Source of the DNA: a virus
Reading direction: 5' to 3' (one strand)
Virus record (IMG/VR): IMGVR_UViG_3300018420_002445
Span: 5,974-69,973 of that record
DNA length: 64,000 bases
A program made the translations under genes and the position numbers. Below are positions 1-9,161 of this stretch, one piece after another. Each line of letters starts with the position of its first letter. The stretch's first letter is position 1. The notes under the pieces were generated by a model. It was not told where the DNA came from, did not search any database, and was given only the letters and a program-made list of their open reading frames with translations.

Positions 1-1031
1 ACACCTACAATATCTGTACCTAAAAATGCGTTTTTCCAATTTAATTTTTTGCCGTAGCCCAATGCCGCGGCTCCTAATGAATTACCTGCATCACCTGGAT
101 TAGGCATAATCCAAATGTTCTCAAAGTATTGACCTAAAAATCTATTAGCAGAACAGTTAAGTGCGACTCCTCCGCCATAGACTAAGTTGTCACTCTTGTT
201 TAATTGTCTTGCTTTGCTCATTACTATCTTAATAAGTTTTTCTACGTATACTTGTGCTGATGCGGCTATGTCGAACTCATCTGCACCTTCTAAGAATGAA
301 TCGTCAATACCAATGTGTGTATTTTCTTTAAACAACAATGAATCTGTGTGGGCGCCGAACTTATCTTCTATGTCTTTAACATATTTAGGCTCACCATATG
401 CGGCCACACCCATTAAAATGTATTCTTCATCTAGTGGGCGTAAACCTAATCTTGCTGTCATTGCACTATAGTATAATCCAATAGAGTTAGGATACTTAAG
501 TGTCCACAACTTTTTATATTTTGCTTTGCCTTTTTTATTGTAATAACCTTTCCAAATAGTAGCACAATCATTTTCACCGATCGCATCTATAATAACTATA
601 GTTGCTTCATCAAAAGATGATGTTTGAAAACTGGCTGCCGCATGACATTTGTGATGAGGGTGCGTTTGAACAAAGTGAGGTATATGTCCGTCATGCATAA
701 AATGACCCCATTGTTTTGTAACTCTTTCATATAGAGTATTGTATATGTCAGTACCAAAAATGTCTGAAAAATTAAATGGTCCTAACTTTTGACCTGCTCT
801 AAACTGGCGCCAGGCTTTTACCCAAGGTCGTTCATAATAGTTTACAAATAACCGGTCGCCGTTATCTACCCATTCTAATGCTTCATCGATAATTTCAGGA
901 CACAACTCTGAGTCATGTTTCTTTTTACTATATCGTTCACTGTGACCTGCAAATAAAATGTCGCCGTTGTCGTCTACCAAAGATACGCCGGCATCATGGA
1001 ATCCGCAACTAATGCCTAAATATTTTTTCAT
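1..1031 (-). CDS. O-carbamoyltransferase (NodU/CmcH/TobZ family), 3' end runs off the window
   Basis: Not in the ORF track. Manual translation from ATG 1031 gives MKKYLGISCGFHDAGVSLVDDNGDILFAGHSERYSKKKHD, followed by HHKCHAAASF, VIIDAIGE, EYILMGVAAYG, LVYGGGVALNC and IWIMPNPGDAGNSLGAAA. These are the Kae1-like N-terminal motifs of this family. Confidence 0.93.
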   Translation of the reverse strand, partial: MKKYLGISCGFHDAGVSLVDDNGDILFAGHSERYSKKKHDSELCPEIIDEALEWVDNGDRLFVNYYERPWVKAWRQFRAGQKLGPFNFSDIFGTDIYNTLYERVTKQWGHFMHDGHIPHFVQTHPHHKCHAAASFQTSSFDEATIVIIDAIGENDCATIWKGYYNKKGKAKYKKLWTLKYPNSIGLYYSAMTARLGLRPLDEEYILMGVAAYGEPKYVKDIEDKFGAHTDSLLFKENTHIGIDDSFLEGADEFDIAASAQVYVEKLIKIVMSKARQLNKSDNLVYGGGVALNCSANRFLGQYFENIWIMPNPGDAGNSLGAAALGYGKKLNWKNAFLGTDIVG

Positions 1032-1177
1032 TTGTAAATAAACGGATCTCTTTTTTTAAGTTCTGCTAAACGTTTCTTGTATTCTTTTTCACGTTTATAT
1101 TTGATGTAGGGCGTCTTTAAGAAATCAGCAATCTTACGTAAGACATTTTTAATTTTATCAATTATCTTTTTAAACAT
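1028..1177 (-). CDS. 49-aa basic protein coupled to the carbamoyltransferase
   Basis: Manual translation MFKKIIDKIKNVLRKIADFLKTPYIKYKREKEYKKRLAELKKRDPFIYK*. The TGA overlaps the carbamoyltransferase ATG (ATGA), and the ORF fills the gap exactly. Confidence 0.75.
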   Translation of the reverse strand: MFKKIIDKIKNVLRKIADFLKTPYIKYKREKEYKKRLAELKKRDPFIYK

Positions 1178-1920
1178 TTGTATTCCTCATTAAAGTTAAT
1201 CAATTCATCAGCAAATAATTTATGCGGTTCTTCGCCGTGATGCCAATACTTTGCTTTTTCGTTGACATATCCCAGACGTTGATATTTTTGATAAAATGCT
1301 TCGTCTTTATTGTTTAACTGATAGTATTTATTATCATCTACCAAGGGCAGAAGATTTTTGATAGCAGGTATATCATCTAAAAAGAATGGCATTGCATTTA
1401 ACATCATATAAGGAATTTTATGTGATTGCAACAAATACTGTATTTGTAAGATTAATTGATATGATTGGTATTCTAAGTAAGGTTGATGATTAGCCATAAA
1501 TTTGTGCAAGTCCGGAGTATATCTTTGTTCTTCTTCATCTCCACCATTCCAACCTATAATAACTTTATAAAAGTAATCACTGCTCTTTTCGTACCAATCA
1601 GTTGAATGTGATGCACTTTGATAGTTGCGTTCTGATTCACTAGGCATTTCTAATCTAGTAGGTTCTGTCCATGATACAAGTACATTGACGTTCATAGTAT
1701 CTGGATTATAACAATTGTGAAACCAGTGCATTACTTGTCTACTAATACCTGTATTAGTTGCACCTACTTGTGCGATATTAACTGGTTTACGTTTTAACTT
1801 TTTAGCAACCAATGCACCGTATGAATGCAGTCTATTGTAGTCTGAATCTTCATTGCCGTCAATCTCAGATCCTGCGGCATGTGAACATCCAGCAATTAAT
1901 AATATCTTTTCTTTTTTCAT
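1162..1920 (-). CDS. SGNH/GDSL-like hydrolase or acyltransferase, paralogue 1
   Basis: N-terminal LIAGCSHAAG (block I Ser), NIAQVGATN (block II) and C-terminal HHGEEPHKLFADEL (block V His). Confidence 0.65.
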   Translation of the reverse strand: MKKEKILLIAGCSHAAGSEIDGNEDSDYNRLHSYGALVAKKLKRKPVNIAQVGATNTGISRQVMHWFHNCYNPDTMNVNVLVSWTEPTRLEMPSESERNYQSASHSTDWYEKSSDYFYKVIIGWNGGDEEEQRYTPDLHKFMANHQPYLEYQSYQLILQIQYLLQSHKIPYMMLNAMPFFLDDIPAIKNLLPLVDDNKYYQLNNKDEAFYQKYQRLGYVNEKAKYWHHGEEPHKLFADELINFNEEYKCLKR

Positions 1921-2798
1921 GCTACTCCTCTCAATCGTTTTACGGTTTCATCATAATCTAAATAAAAACTGCCATTATATCTTTCTGTAAAATATCTCAT
2001 GTTTGCTAATACATTTAATTCTGTAAACAAATCTGTTCGTTCAAAAAGTTCCCAACCAGTATACTTACTTCGTTTATCTTGTGTCCAAGAATTTTGATTG
2101 TACAACGTTCTTTTAATGGGTATTGACGATCTATGCGAAAACTCATTGTTTACTAACTTTTTAATAATTGGTTCTTCTAAAAACGCAAGTACTTGTTCAC
2201 CTGTATATGAACCAAAATCTGAAGTGCCGGGTATTTTGCGAGATTCAAACCAATTACTATAACTGTTTATTCTTTCCATTTCTTCCCAACACCATGTTCC
2301 TTCTTCTGTTTTAATTAATTGCGGTTCACTTGCCATAACCAATGTACCGTCTACTTTAATAAGTCCTTCCATAAGACTACACATCTGATAAGAACAACAT
2401 TTAGATTCTTCTGCATTGTCATATAATTTACCGCTTCTAATTAAATCTTCTAAATCTATATCTATTACAACTGGATCATAGTTATACTTATTGCACCAAT
2501 TTAATGCATATCGTGTGTCATGTTTATTATATTTAAAATCTTTACCATAACTTATAATTGCAACTTTAAATGGTATTTCTGCTTCTCTAAAAACATTAAC
2601 CATATACTCGCCGTCGTTGCCTCCCCCAAACATAAGATGTAAATCATTATTTGATTTTTCATATAGTATGTGAGCAGATGTAGTTGCTTCTTCGTAGAAT
2701 GACCCTACTCTGTTTTTTACCGGTTTAATATCAACTGTAAACTCGTTTCCGTTACCACTGAATACTAAACAATCATCATGTACTACGCCTATTTCCAT
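1917..2798 (-). CDS. PP-loop / adenine-nucleotide alpha-hydrolase-like protein with a degenerate motif
   Basis: LMFGGGNDGE resembles SGGxDS, in a beta-alpha-beta context. ATGA overlap with the next gene. Confidence 0.4.
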   Translation of the reverse strand: MEIGVVHDDCLVFSGNGNEFTVDIKPVKNRVGSFYEEATTSAHILYEKSNNDLHLMFGGGNDGEYMVNVFREAEIPFKVAIISYGKDFKYNKHDTRYALNWCNKYNYDPVVIDIDLEDLIRSGKLYDNAEESKCCSYQMCSLMEGLIKVDGTLVMASEPQLIKTEEGTWCWEEMERINSYSNWFESRKIPGTSDFGSYTGEQVLAFLEEPIIKKLVNNEFSHRSSIPIKRTLYNQNSWTQDKRSKYTGWELFERTDLFTELNVLANMRYFTERYNGSFYLDYDETVKRLRGVA

Positions 2799-4666
2799 TA
2801 AGAATGAAACTCCGTGTCATCAAAATTTGGGCTCCATGTTAGTTTTAAATATGTTTCTCTATTGTGTTCTAATATGGGCATCATTTGTTCGTACATATCA
2901 TGTAGTTCTGACAGAGGTTTATCTAAAATTGATTTAATCAACTCTAATATTTTTCTTAAACGTTCGCCGTGATCTTCAGTTTCATCATAACTTTCGTCCC
3001 AAAACTGATCAAACGTTTGATAACCAGACTCTTTAATATACTTTAATGTATGCGGTGGTGCTAATAATATAAACGGCTTCATGTATTGTATTGGTTGCAA
3101 TACTTTTTCACTATAGTTCGCACAAGACTGTGCAAATCTAGTTTCTGTTACAATATCTACAAACACATTTCTATAAAAGTTTGCTAACATTGTTTCTTTT
3201 GTATTGTATAATGATGGTGTTTGTCCGTCTTTGTATTCTGCAACTTTAGGCCAAATTGCTTCTTGCGAATCGATTCCTATATCACTTGGTTTGTCTACAG
3301 TATAGGGTGCATTCTCTTTACATACTAAATTATTATCTGTTAACTGTTGATAAACTTCAGGTGATGTTGTCATCCATTGATCGATATCAAAATATAAATT
3401 GTCTTTTACAACATCTAATGAATCACTAAAGTACCAACTTAAATAACCATTTTCTCCTGCTAAAAAGTTTGCTAAGATTTGACGATGTTTTGTAAATCTC
3501 CAGTTCAATGATATAAAATGTTTATTGAACTTGTGCTTGTGAAAGTCTTCTTTAATCAATGCGTGTAGTCCTACAATAGGACGTTGTGACATAAGATATA
3601 GGTCTTCACATTCTAAGTTTAGTGCGTTAGCATAATGTGGATAAGATTCTTTGATTCTATATTCACCAGTCTTAACTGTAATCATCATAGGCTTTATACC
3701 ATTGCGATGTTGATAACGTTGAATAGAATCTAATTCTTTAGAACGCATTCTACTCTTATCTTCAGGAAAAGAAAACTCACTATAAAATCCCTGTGTAAAT
3801 TCTTCTCCTTCATAATACGAACACATAGGTTCAAATAACCATATAGTCAATCCCCATCTATTAATTTCATCTACACCATGTTGATCATGTTCAATCTCAT
3901 CAAGTTCTTTAATATAACCATTGTGCATGTATATCATGTGAAATTGTTGTTGATCGTTTTGCGGGTTGATTAAAGGCAAGATTGATGTCTGTACAAACGG
4001 ATGCGACAGTTCTGGCTTTGCATGTTTGTTAGGTACATTAATAGGAAACAAATGTTCTAGTTGTCCAACGTAAGATTCTTTACCTACTAATTGTAACATA
4101 TACATTTTCTTTTTGCCTACGTTTGCATATGATACTTTTGTATCAGCCCAAAACTTAAACCAGTCTCCCTTCTTCCAATTAGTGTGTGGTATGCCACCAA
4201 TTTCTAATAGATGTCCTGGTTGCCAGTCTTCTAACATTAAGTAACCGATCATTACGTCATCAGGATCTGCTTTGTTTTCTATGCAATAATCAGTGATTGT
4301 AGGGACATGCGGGGGAATAACATCATACTGACTTAAACGAACAAATTTAAGACCTTGATCAAACAGTCCAAATACTTTTTCTATATCATTTGCCCACGTA
4401 GGTATAGTCGGTTCAGTGTATTCTTCTACTGTAAAATTAATTGCAGTATTTGTTAAATAACCTTCTTTGTGATACAATGATACTCTTTCGGTTGATAATG
4501 TAGGACGAGTATAAGGCAAAAGCCTATGTTCTTTTTGCCAAGTAACTCCAAAATGACCTCTTTCAGTTTCAGTGTTAATGTTGTACCCCTTTGTTAAAAA
4601 TTTCGTATGTTGATAAATTAGGATAGTCTTTATATGACCATAGTTTAGGTACACGTGCAATTGCAT
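2798..4666 (-). CDS. Fusion of a degenerate 2OG-Fe(II) oxygenase-like N-domain and a putative transferase C-domain; start uncertain (possibly 4579)
   Basis: The N-terminal ~200 aa parallels 8571..9161 (IPPH...MLEDWQPGHLLE...WKKG...ANVG...LQLVG). The C-terminus has DIVTET-SEK-KPF-GYQTF-WDESYD, shared with 13907..15211 and 16177..17706. Confidence 0.55.
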   Translation of the reverse strand: MQLHVYLNYGHIKTILIYQHTKFLTKGYNINTETERGHFGVTWQKEHRLLPYTRPTLSTERVSLYHKEGYLTNTAINFTVEEYTEPTIPTWANDIEKVFGLFDQGLKFVRLSQYDVIPPHVPTITDYCIENKADPDDVMIGYLMLEDWQPGHLLEIGGIPHTNWKKGDWFKFWADTKVSYANVGKKKMYMLQLVGKESYVGQLEHLFPINVPNKHAKPELSHPFVQTSILPLINPQNDQQQFHMIYMHNGYIKELDEIEHDQHGVDEINRWGLTIWLFEPMCSYYEGEEFTQGFYSEFSFPEDKSRMRSKELDSIQRYQHRNGIKPMMITVKTGEYRIKESYPHYANALNLECEDLYLMSQRPIVGLHALIKEDFHKHKFNKHFISLNWRFTKHRQILANFLAGENGYLSWYFSDSLDVVKDNLYFDIDQWMTTSPEVYQQLTDNNLVCKENAPYTVDKPSDIGIDSQEAIWPKVAEYKDGQTPSLYNTKETMLANFYRNVFVDIVTETRFAQSCANYSEKVLQPIQYMKPFILLAPPHTLKYIKESGYQTFDQFWDESYDETEDHGERLRKILELIKSILDKPLSELHDMYEQMMPILEHNRETYLKLTWSPNFDDTEFHS

Positions 4667-5201
4667 CGTCTAATTTATCTAAGCCTAACTGTGCTGTTTC
4701 AAATGTCATATGATAATGATATCCAAATCTTTTGATTTCTTGGTCTGCCCATGCGGCTTCTAATTCTGGCCTACCGTCATACCTTATCTGTCTTAAAATT
4801 TCTGCATCTTCTGCATTGTCTAAAAGTATCATACCGCCTTTACCAACACTCAAATGCTTTTTAAGTTGAAAACTTACACACATAATAGTTGATGGTATGT
4901 ATGAGTTTTGTCTCCACATTGTTGCGGCATCAAATACATTAGTGTTGCCTATTTGATATAACTCTTGCCATTTTTCTGAAGTAAAATACCAATCATAACC
5001 TAACTTTTCAAACGTCATGGGTATAGACAAATATGTCCAATTAGGACAAGTAACTTGATATTTTATTCCACGATCACCTTCATCTATCAATCTTAATGCT
5101 AACTCAATACCATGTGTGCAACAATCAACTGCGACTGCATAGGGTGCACCGAAATAATTTGATACTCTTTCTTCTAATTGTAATATTGGATTCATCTTCA
5201 T
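4575..5201 (-). CDS. DegT/DnrJ/EryC1/StrS-family PLP aminotransferase, short form
   Basis: YAVAVDCCTHGIELAL, VFDAA, SFQLKKHLSVGKGGMIL (Schiff-base Lys region) and GYHYHM. Confidence 0.85.
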   Translation of the reverse strand: MKMNPILQLEERVSNYFGAPYAVAVDCCTHGIELALRLIDEGDRGIKYQVTCPNWTYLSIPMTFEKLGYDWYFTSEKWQELYQIGNTNVFDAATMWRQNSYIPSTIMCVSFQLKKHLSVGKGGMILLDNAEDAEILRQIRYDGRPELEAAWADQEIKRFGYHYHMTFETAQLGLDKLDDAIARVPKLWSYKDYPNLSTYEIFNKGVQH

Positions 5202-7549
5202 GGTAATAATTTAGGGTCAAGTTTTGGTCTGCCTTGTTGTGGTTTCTTTTTAAGAATAGAATCTAGTGTTATTGCTTGTTCCATTTCTGCTTTTTGCGGC
5301 AAGTCTAAATCTTTAGATGAATCTCGTCTTTCTGCTTTTTCTGCTAGTGTGACTTTATATTGATCTAAGTCTTCCCAGTCTCCTGTTCCTTGCCAATCTA
5401 ATTCAAATGAAAAGTCGATACTTGCATTTAATTCTTCTTCTTCACGTAGCAAGTCAGTAAAGTCTTGTCCTGACCTACCTTCATTTACGTCCCATTCTGC
5501 TTTTGCTAATTTTCTTGCACGTTTAGCAGTGTTGGCTTGTATACGTGAATAATCTTGTGCATAGAACGGACCCTTTCTGCCTTCTGGGGGCGGTTCTCTG
5601 TCATCATAAGGATTATCAATTTGATCAAATTTCATTTTAAAATCTGCTGTCCATTGACCTGCATGATCAATTTTAAAATTGTATTCAGCATTAAACATAC
5701 CCGGTCCATACTGAGTGCCGAACTCTTTTAAATCTATTTCTGGATTAAATCTAATGTTTGCTGTGTATCCGCCTCTTGCTCTCCAAAGATTTCTTAAGAA
5801 AGGCCAAATCTCATTAACAAGATGATTAGCAAAAACATTGTTGTTGCCGTTCTTATCTCTTATATCTTCTTTAATAATGTGATAATCAAAGTCTTCTTCA
5901 TATTCTAATGATCCTTGAAATTCTTCATCATCTAATATTATATGGTAATGTTCTTTCTTTAACGCATCTCTAATAGGGTATGTAATAGGAACTTCTGTAC
6001 AGTTTTGAAAAAAGTCTAACCACATATGAATAAGTTTAACTCTCATCATTACATGTGTGCCGCCCATCTTAAAGTCATTTGATATCCAATGACCTTGATA
6101 CTTATGCCACGACACATTGTATGCATGTGGATTTTGTCCTACGATTGTTTCAGGGCCTAAGCCGTAGCCAACACCCAATCCCATGTTGTTAATGTTATTG
6201 TTTCTGTTACGCCACATGAATGTCATAGTGTCTGAATAGTCTTGGTAGTCTTCTGTAGGGAATGCTACGATCCAGTTTGTTGCTCCCCATATACCTACTT
6301 TCTTACAGTCAATAAAGTTTTGTTCCATTGCCTCGACAGTTACACCTTTATGCATATCATCTAATACTTTTTGTGAGCCTGACTCACAACCAAAGTTAAA
6401 CATGATACAACCGCCGTCTGCTAAGTCTTGTAGATATTCTAAGTCCATACGTTTATCACAACGAGCATAACCAGTCCATTTGACTTTTAATTCTTTTGCT
6501 TTACATGCAAGTGCAAAGGCACGCAATTCTTTAATGTTACCATTGATTAACGAGTCAATAAACCAAATAACATCTGTACCTTTATTATAATATAACCATT
6601 CGATTTCGTCAATCAAATCTACTGCTTGTCTTTGACGATATCTCCAAAAGTGTGTCTCCTCACAGAACGTACACTTTGCAGTACAGCCTCGACTAAACTC
6701 TGAGTTGACGCCGTTAGGTACATCATACAAACTAAAATCAATTGATTCATAGTCTGGCATAGGCAAGTTATTAATATTAATTCTTTCACTTTCTGCTTGA
6801 TCTAATATCTTAGGTCCGTCATGTTCGATGCCTTCTTCGATTTCTTCTAACATGACTAAAAGATTCTTTTCACCTTCACCAATGACAACGTAGTCATAAT
6901 AATCTTCGATAGCAAACCAACTTTTATGTACGTTTGGTCCACCTACTGAAATTTTAATACTTGGATCACGTTTCTTAATTTCTTGCATCATATACTTACT
7001 AGGTTCTTCTGAAATATAATACAACGAAAAGCCTACAACATTAGGTTTCATTTCTAATATTCTTTCTATCTGTTCATCAAGCAACGGTTTAAGTATAGGA
7101 TGAATGTCAGTAGTGTAAGTAGGAGGCAGCCAATGCCAAGATGACGATGGATCCCAAAGTCTGAACGGAAGTTTCTCGTTTGGCTGCCAATCTTTTCTAT
7201 ATTCCTGATACGCCATTGCGTTCAAGTCTATAATAGTTGTTTCATATCCTGCGGCTTTTGCAATACCTGATAGTCTTGCTAACGAAAAAGGTGGCATATA
7301 TGGTGACCATTCAGGACACAATACTAATACCATAGTAGTTTCACGTGTTTTGTAGTCTACATAAACTGGAGTTAAATTCTTTTGTTGTACTGGCTTAGCA
7401 TATTCAGAAATAGCCATCATCATGTCATGGTGTCTTGCATCTCCCACATCTGACGGCGGTTTGGGCTTTGGTTCATTTTTTCTTGCTAATGATTGTAGTG
7501 TAAAATCCATACGTTGCTTGTTTACTCCCGTTACATGTATATTTAACAA
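5198..7549 (-). CDS. Cobalamin-binding radical SAM enzyme (class B methyltransferase-like); likely start ATG 7510
   Basis: N-terminal B12-binding-type region (PPFSLARL...VGFS...VGGP...GEGE), SRGCTAKCTFC CxxxCxxC motif and GCESGSQKVLDDMHKG. A GGGAG SD precedes ATG 7510. Confidence 0.88.
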   Translation of the reverse strand: MLNIHVTGVNKQRMDFTLQSLARKNEPKPKPPSDVGDARHHDMMMAISEYAKPVQQKNLTPVYVDYKTRETTMVLVLCPEWSPYMPPFSLARLSGIAKAAGYETTIIDLNAMAYQEYRKDWQPNEKLPFRLWDPSSSWHWLPPTYTTDIHPILKPLLDEQIERILEMKPNVVGFSLYYISEEPSKYMMQEIKKRDPSIKISVGGPNVHKSWFAIEDYYDYVVIGEGEKNLLVMLEEIEEGIEHDGPKILDQAESERININNLPMPDYESIDFSLYDVPNGVNSEFSRGCTAKCTFCEETHFWRYRQRQAVDLIDEIEWLYYNKGTDVIWFIDSLINGNIKELRAFALACKAKELKVKWTGYARCDKRMDLEYLQDLADGGCIMFNFGCESGSQKVLDDMHKGVTVEAMEQNFIDCKKVGIWGATNWIVAFPTEDYQDYSDTMTFMWRNRNNNINNMGLGVGYGLGPETIVGQNPHAYNVSWHKYQGHWISNDFKMGGTHVMMRVKLIHMWLDFFQNCTEVPITYPIRDALKKEHYHIILDDEEFQGSLEYEEDFDYHIIKEDIRDKNGNNNVFANHLVNEIWPFLRNLWRARGGYTANIRFNPEIDLKEFGTQYGPGMFNAEYNFKIDHAGQWTADFKMKFDQIDNPYDDREPPPEGRKGPFYAQDYSRIQANTAKRARKLAKAEWDVNEGRSGQDFTDLLREEEELNASIDFSFELDWQGTGDWEDLDQYKVTLAEKAERRDSSKDLDLPQKAEMEQAITLDSILKKKPQQGRPKLDPKLLP

Positions 7550-7598
7550 AATTTCACACCTGCAATATTTTTACGACTACCCTTTTCTACACTAAATA
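7540..7598. promoter_or_regulatory. Divergent pair of TAAATA late-promoter-like boxes
   Basis: TAAATA on - at 7540-7545 and on + at 7593-7598. Each is followed by GGAGTA and then an ATG (7510 on -, 7622 on +). Confidence 0.5.
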
Positions 7599-7621
7599 TT
7601 AACATAGGAGTAGTTAAACTT

Positions 7622-8584
7622 ATGTACAGCAAAAATGAATGGGGTAAATTAAAGAAGGTAGTCGTTGGTATTGCAGATAATGCACGTATACCAGAAGTTG
7701 ACACCAGCCTTCGACACATCAATTATGCTGACGTTAAAGATGAACTAGACATTCCTACAGGGAAGTACCCCCAAATAGTCGTTGATGAAGCAAATGAAGA
7801 TTTAGAAACATTTGCTGACTTTTTGAGAAACGAAGGCGCGGAAGTAGTTAGGCCCGACATCACGGAGTGTAATTACTACAACTATTGTCCGCGGGATTCC
7901 GTTATTGTTTATAAAGATAAGGCTATTGCTACTCCTATGCCTCTGAGAGCCAGACGTAACGAGTACCAAGCATATGAACGTCATTTAGAAAACGTACATC
8001 CATATGATATTATACGCAGTGATGATCTTTACAACACAGAATGCTTGGGCGACCCAGACGTATTAGCATTAACAGAGGCAGAACCGGCATTTGATGCCGC
8101 TAATGTGTTACGTGCTAATGATGATTTATTATACTTAGTTTCTAACTCCGGTAACAAATCTGGTGCAAGTTTACTACAAAGCATCGTTGATGGCAAAGTA
8201 CATACAGTAGAGGGTATCTACAGTTATATGCACTTAGACTCGACTGTGTGCTTTCTCAGAGACGGTTTGATGCTACTTAACCCTAGTAGAGTCAAAGACG
8301 TTAATCAATTACCAGAACCATTTAGACATTGGGATTACATAATGTGTCCAGATCCTGTACCAATTGGACACTATGAAAATTATCGTAATTCATCAAACTG
8401 GGTAAGTATGAACTTGTTCTCAGTTAATTCAAATTTAGTTGCACTAGAAGAAAGACAAGAACCTCTTAGAAAAGAACTAGAAAAACACGGCATTGAGTGT
8501 GCTATGTTACCTATGAGACATGCAATTACATTGGGTGGATGCTTTCATTGTGTAACTAACGACTTAATACGTGAAGATGATTAA
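7622..8584 (+). CDS. Amidinotransferase (glycine / inosamine-phosphate amidinotransferase family)
   Basis: NEWGKLKKVVVG, YCPRD, FDAAN, HLDST and C-terminal GGCFHCVT carrying the catalytic Cys. Confidence 0.9.
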   Translation: MYSKNEWGKLKKVVVGIADNARIPEVDTSLRHINYADVKDELDIPTGKYPQIVVDEANEDLETFADFLRNEGAEVVRPDITECNYYNYCPRDSVIVYKDKAIATPMPLRARRNEYQAYERHLENVHPYDIIRSDDLYNTECLGDPDVLALTEAEPAFDAANVLRANDDLLYLVSNSGNKSGASLLQSIVDGKVHTVEGIYSYMHLDSTVCFLRDGLMLLNPSRVKDVNQLPEPFRHWDYIMCPDPVPIGHYENYRNSSNWVSMNLFSVNSNLVALEERQEPLRKELEKHGIECAMLPMRHAITLGGCFHCVTNDLIREDD

Positions 8585-9161
8585 AGGCAAAGTAGAAGTT
8601 ATATGGACTGAAGAAGATTATATGAATCTTCCTTGGTTTACAAACGATGTGCATGAAGAAAAGTTTAATGCAACTGTAGAAACTAAAGGGTATGATGTAG
8701 GTGTTTCTATGTGCTTTGAAGATTTGCCTGAAGTCTTTCATAAAGTAGTAGAACAATTTGATTTCTTAGACAAAATTGTCATTGCAATTAACAAACTAGA
8801 AGTAGGTAAAATCTTACCATTTCATACTGACAGATTCATGTCATACAAACAACGAAACAATATCAGTGATAATCAACCAATTGAACGTGTGATTGTGTTC
8901 TTACATGATCAAAAGAAAGGCCATCAATTGTGGATAGAAGATGAAGTGTGTACGGGGCCTGCAGGATCATATTTTGGATGGGAACAAAACACTGAACATA
9001 TGGCCGCTAATTTAGGCGATGAAGATAGATATATTATGCAGGTTACAGGTATTACTAAAAATCGTGTAAAAGAACCACAGCATCCTTCTGAGGGAGAAGC
9101 CTCTTTAAATTCTTATGGCGATGTTGTTATCTATCGTAATGGTACTTGGGTACGCCCTTAG
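8571..9161 (+). CDS. 2OG-Fe(II) oxygenase / cupin-fold protein
   Basis: LPFHTD (HxD), distal EHMAAN (His) and RYIMQVTG. Confidence 0.7.
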   Translation: MKMIKGKVEVIWTEEDYMNLPWFTNDVHEEKFNATVETKGYDVGVSMCFEDLPEVFHKVVEQFDFLDKIVIAINKLEVGKILPFHTDRFMSYKQRNNISDNQPIERVIVFLHDQKKGHQLWIEDEVCTGPAGSYFGWEQNTEHMAANLGDEDRYIMQVTGITKNRVKEPQHPSEGEASLNSYGDVVIYRNGTWVRP

